Source: Acidobacteriota bacterium (GTDB lineage Bacteria; Acidobacteriota; Blastocatellia; Pyrinomonadales; Pyrinomonadaceae). From it: DNA of 64,000 nucleotides. Shown one piece after another: positions 61,692 to 64,000 of this stretch. The stretch spans positions 4,765-68,764 of the forward strand of contig JANNYB010000133.1 in assembly GCA_031409875.1 (NCBI GenBank). The letters run 5' to 3'. The notes beneath the pieces were generated by a model that did no database searches, was not told the origin of the DNA, and saw only the letters and a list, made by a program, of their open reading frames with translations. Made by a program: the position numbers and the translations under genes. Positions within the stretch are counted from its first letter, which is position 1. The number at the start of each line of letters is the position of its first letter.

Positions 61692-63296
61692 CTAACTTAA
61701 TCTTTTCAAAACTTCCGCGCTCATTTCCTTCATTGGCGCGTCTAAACCTGTCCAGATTTTTTGTTGTTCCATAGCTTGCGCGATGAGCATTGCCATTCCG
61801 CCGATTTTCGGGACATTTGCGCGGTCGGCTTCGGACATTAATTTTGTTTGGAACGGATTATAAACCAAATCATAAACCAAATTTACCTTTTCGATTTGTT
61901 CGGCGCGGACGATTGATTCGTTTTCGAGTTCGCCTTTGGTGCCGAGCGGCGTTGAATTTACTAAAATATCAAAATCTTTATAATTTGCGATTTGCGATTT
62001 GCGATTTGCGATTGGAAATTCATTAAAATTCGAGTCGAATTCTTCGGCTAATATTTTTGCTTTTGCTAAATCTCTGGCAAAAATCGTTACGTTCGCGCCC
62101 GCTTGCGTGAGTGCGTAGATGCAAGCACGAGCCGCGCCGCCTGCGCCGAAAACGGCGACTTTCGCAGAACTCAAATCGCCGTAGGAATTTAACAAAGGTG
62201 TGATAAATCCGTGCGCGTCGGTGTTGTAGCCGTGAAGTTTTCCGTCTAAGATTTTTACAGTATTGACTGCGCCGATTTTTTTTGCGGTTTCGTCTATAAA
62301 ATCTAAATGCTTGATAATGTTTTGTTTATGCGGATTCGTTACGGAAAAACCTTTGAAATTTAATTCGATTTCGCGTGTTTCTTCGCGCACCATTCGGCGC
62401 ATAAATTCGTCTAAATTTTGCGTTTGAAGCGGCACGAAAACCGAATTCAAACCGTGAAACTTAAACGCCGCATTTTGCATAAAAGGCGACATCGAATAAC
62501 TCGTATTGCCGCCGATAATTCCGTAAATTTCGGTTTGTTCGTTTAAACTTTTGACGCGATAAACGTCAACCAAATCTGCCACCGAAACTTGTCCGGGCGC
62601 AGTTTCTTTACCCGAATCGAGCGAAGAGTATGTCATAAACGCGCCGTGCGCCAAACCCAAAATCCGCGTCCATTTTCCGCTCTCGTCCATTGCGATTGGA
62701 ATGATTTGACGGTTTTCGCGTTTGGCAAATTTTAGAAGTTCCCAAATAGGCAAAGTGTCGGTTATGTCGTGCGTTTGCGTGGCAATTTTGATAATGCTTT
62801 TTTCAATTTTCGATTGAATTAAAGCTGTATCTTTTTTCGACACGGTGAATCTCAGCTTTGTATTTACCAACCGTTCGTAAAGATAATTTAGCTTTCCATA
62901 AGTTTGTTTAAAATTGTGATATGAACAAATAAATTGCGAGTTTTTAAGTTCGTGCAATTTCCAGTTGTGTCCTTCATCGCAAAACAAATCGAATTCAATA
63001 TCTACAAAATCCATTTCGCGTATTTCACGTTCATGAAGCCAGAAACCAATTCTATCGAAAAAATCTATCTCACGATTTCCGCCTTGTTCTTTTGGGCGAA
63101 AAGTAATTATAAAAGGCTTGCCAATTTTTTGACGCAAGGATTTCAATTCTTTCAAAGCATTTTTAGTTTCGCTTTCATCCAAACAATCAAAACGAATCTC
63201 AATCACGTCCGCCAAATTTTCGGCGCGTTTGATTTGCGCGAATAAATCTTCGGCGGTTTCGGCGCAGATTGAGATGCAGATTTTTCCGTTATTCAT
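61692..63296 (-). CDS. bifunctional 3-dehydroquinate dehydratase (type I) / shikimate 5-dehydrogenase
   Basis: The N-terminal half (KICISICAETAEDL..VIEIRFDCL) is AroD-like. The C-terminal half (IYGIIGGNTSYSMSPFMQNAAF.., VAVFGAGGAARA, LVNSTPLG) is AroE-like. Confidence 0.9.
   Translation of the reverse strand: MNNGKICISICAETAEDLFAQIKRAENLADVIEIRFDCLDESETKNALKELKSLRQKIGKPFIITFRPKEQGGNREIDFFDRIGFWLHEREIREMDFVDIEFDLFCDEGHNWKLHELKNSQFICSYHNFKQTYGKLNYLYERLVNTKLRFTVSKKDTALIQSKIEKSIIKIATQTHDITDTLPIWELLKFAKRENRQIIPIAMDESGKWTRILGLAHGAFMTYSSLDSGKETAPGQVSVADLVDVYRVKSLNEQTEIYGIIGGNTSYSMSPFMQNAAFKFHGLNSVFVPLQTQNLDEFMRRMVREETREIELNFKGFSVTNPHKQNIIKHLDFIDETAKKIGAVNTVKILDGKLHGYNTDAHGFITPLLNSYGDLSSAKVAVFGAGGAARACIYALTQAGANVTIFARDLAKAKILAEEFDSNFNEFPIANRKSQIANYKDFDILVNSTPLGTKGELENESIVRAEQIEKVNLVYDLVYNPFQTKLMSEADRANVPKIGGMAMLIAQAMEQQKIWTGLDAPMKEMSAEVLKRLS
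61983..62013. repeat. heptamer array ATTTGCG x4.4 inside the aroD-aroE CDS
   Basis: ATTTGCGATTTGCGATTTGCGATTTGCGATT. It encodes ..PIANRKSQIANY.. on the minus strand. Confidence 0.9.
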
Positions 63297-64000
63297 ATTG
63301 TGTCGGTCGGTCTTTGAGAACGAATGAAAGTGCTGAGAGTAAGCAAGCGATTGTGCCGAAAGCCGCGAAAATGACGATTGCCGTTTTGCCGCTTTGTTGC
63401 ACGCCGATTGCCGTTAATGCCCACGCGATTGCCAGCGGATATGCCGAATTTGACAAAATCGGACGCATTACGGCGGCTAAAACTGCGGCGATTACAATTA
63501 AAATGCAAGCCAAAACGGTTGTCGTCGTTTCGGAAGGTTTCACGCCGAGAGAAACGAGCGTAATTGTTGCATTAACAATAGTTGCCGCCGTAACCCAGCC
63601 GAAATAAAGCGCAAAAGGTGTGGCAACTAAAAGAGTTTCGGCTTTTGATTCGGTGTTTCTCACGTTCAGATTTATAACCGCTAACAGCATTAGAAGCACG
63701 AAAATTACAAGCAGGGAAACCGCTAACATTTCGTAATGAAAAACGTAAATCCACGCGCAATTTGCCGCACAGCTTAAAATATAAACCGAGCGTAAATTGC
63801 GAAATCTTTCGGCTTTTGAAGGCAGAGCCTGATAAATGCTGAAGGCGATTAAACCTAAGTAAATCAAGCCCCAAATCGAAAATGCGTAACCTGCCGGAGT
63901 TACGGAAGTAAAATATTTGTCGGAAACATCTTTCGGCAGAATATTGCCGATTTTTCCTGTCGAAGCCAGTCCGTTGACGATAATCGTGCCGATTGTGGCG
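63289..64000 (-). CDS. TspO/MBR-related polytopic membrane protein (5' end beyond the window)
   Basis: The ORF track begins it at 63867 (TTG), but the frame stays open to the window end. Manual translation upstream gives ATIGTIIVNGLASTGKIGNILPKDVSDKYFTSVTPAGYAFSIWGLIYLGL... The Trp/aromatic-rich TM pattern suggests a TspO-like family (tentative). Confidence 0.7.
   Translation of the reverse strand, partial: ATIGTIIVNGLASTGKIGNILPKDVSDKYFTSVTPAGYAFSIWGLIYLGLIAFSIYQALPSKAERFRNLRSVYILSCAANCAWIYVFHYEMLAVSLLVIFVLLMLLAVINLNVRNTESKAETLLVATPFALYFGWVTAATIVNATITLVSLGVKPSETTTTVLACILIVIAAVLAAVMRPILSNSAYPLAIAWALTAIGVQQSGKTAIVIFAAFGTIACLLSALSFVLKDRPTQYE

Noticed and set aside
1-64000. tRNA, rRNA, tmRNA, transposase, integrase, reverse transcriptase or phage structural genes
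   Set aside because: None was recognised on either strand by eye. This is a visual scan only, so small RNAs could have been missed. tRNAscan or Infernal would be decisive.

Overview
This is a 64-kb chromosomal segment from a moderately AT-rich bacterium. PD40/FG-GAP secreted proteins, a Solibacter-type C-terminal domain, amidohydrolase triads and a CHAT-TPR protein weakly suggest Acidobacteriota. Backbone genes are dnaG (partial, runs off the left edge), mutS2, ilvE, rlmB, ndh, an aroD-aroE fusion, a ThiF/MoeB-like E1, an RqcH/NFACT-like protein, a triple-FHA ABC transporter, an SDR, a TlpA-like thioredoxin and a TspO-like membrane protein (partial, runs off the right edge). Two accessory regions stand out. 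(i) At 25.7-34.6 kb lies a tightly spaced three-gene operon. It encodes a caspase(C14)-metallophosphoesterase fusion, a CHAT-SIR2-like fusion and a membrane-anchored STAND-type P-loop NTPase. I do not recognise this architecture as a named system. Its first gene has been decapitated by a ~0.95-kb insertion carrying a TM + GNAT-like gene. (ii) At 42.2-48.7 kb lies a visibly AT-richer island. It carries a compact operon (multi-TM histidine kinase, receiver protein, minimal His/Cys caspase-fold protein, small 2-TM protein) followed by PIN toxin-antitoxin modules, one of which was destroyed by a MITE with a target-site duplication. The whole window is also peppered with two repeat classes. One is modular nested-palindrome REP/MITE-like elements (at least 14 copies, one inserted in frame in mutS2, several donating stop codons). 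The other is STRR-like heptanucleotide tandem repeats, several of them inside coding sequences. Several genes carry frameshifts. By eye I recognised no rRNA, tRNA, CRISPR array, transposase, integrase or reverse transcriptase. All domain calls come from motif recognition by eye and need profile searches.
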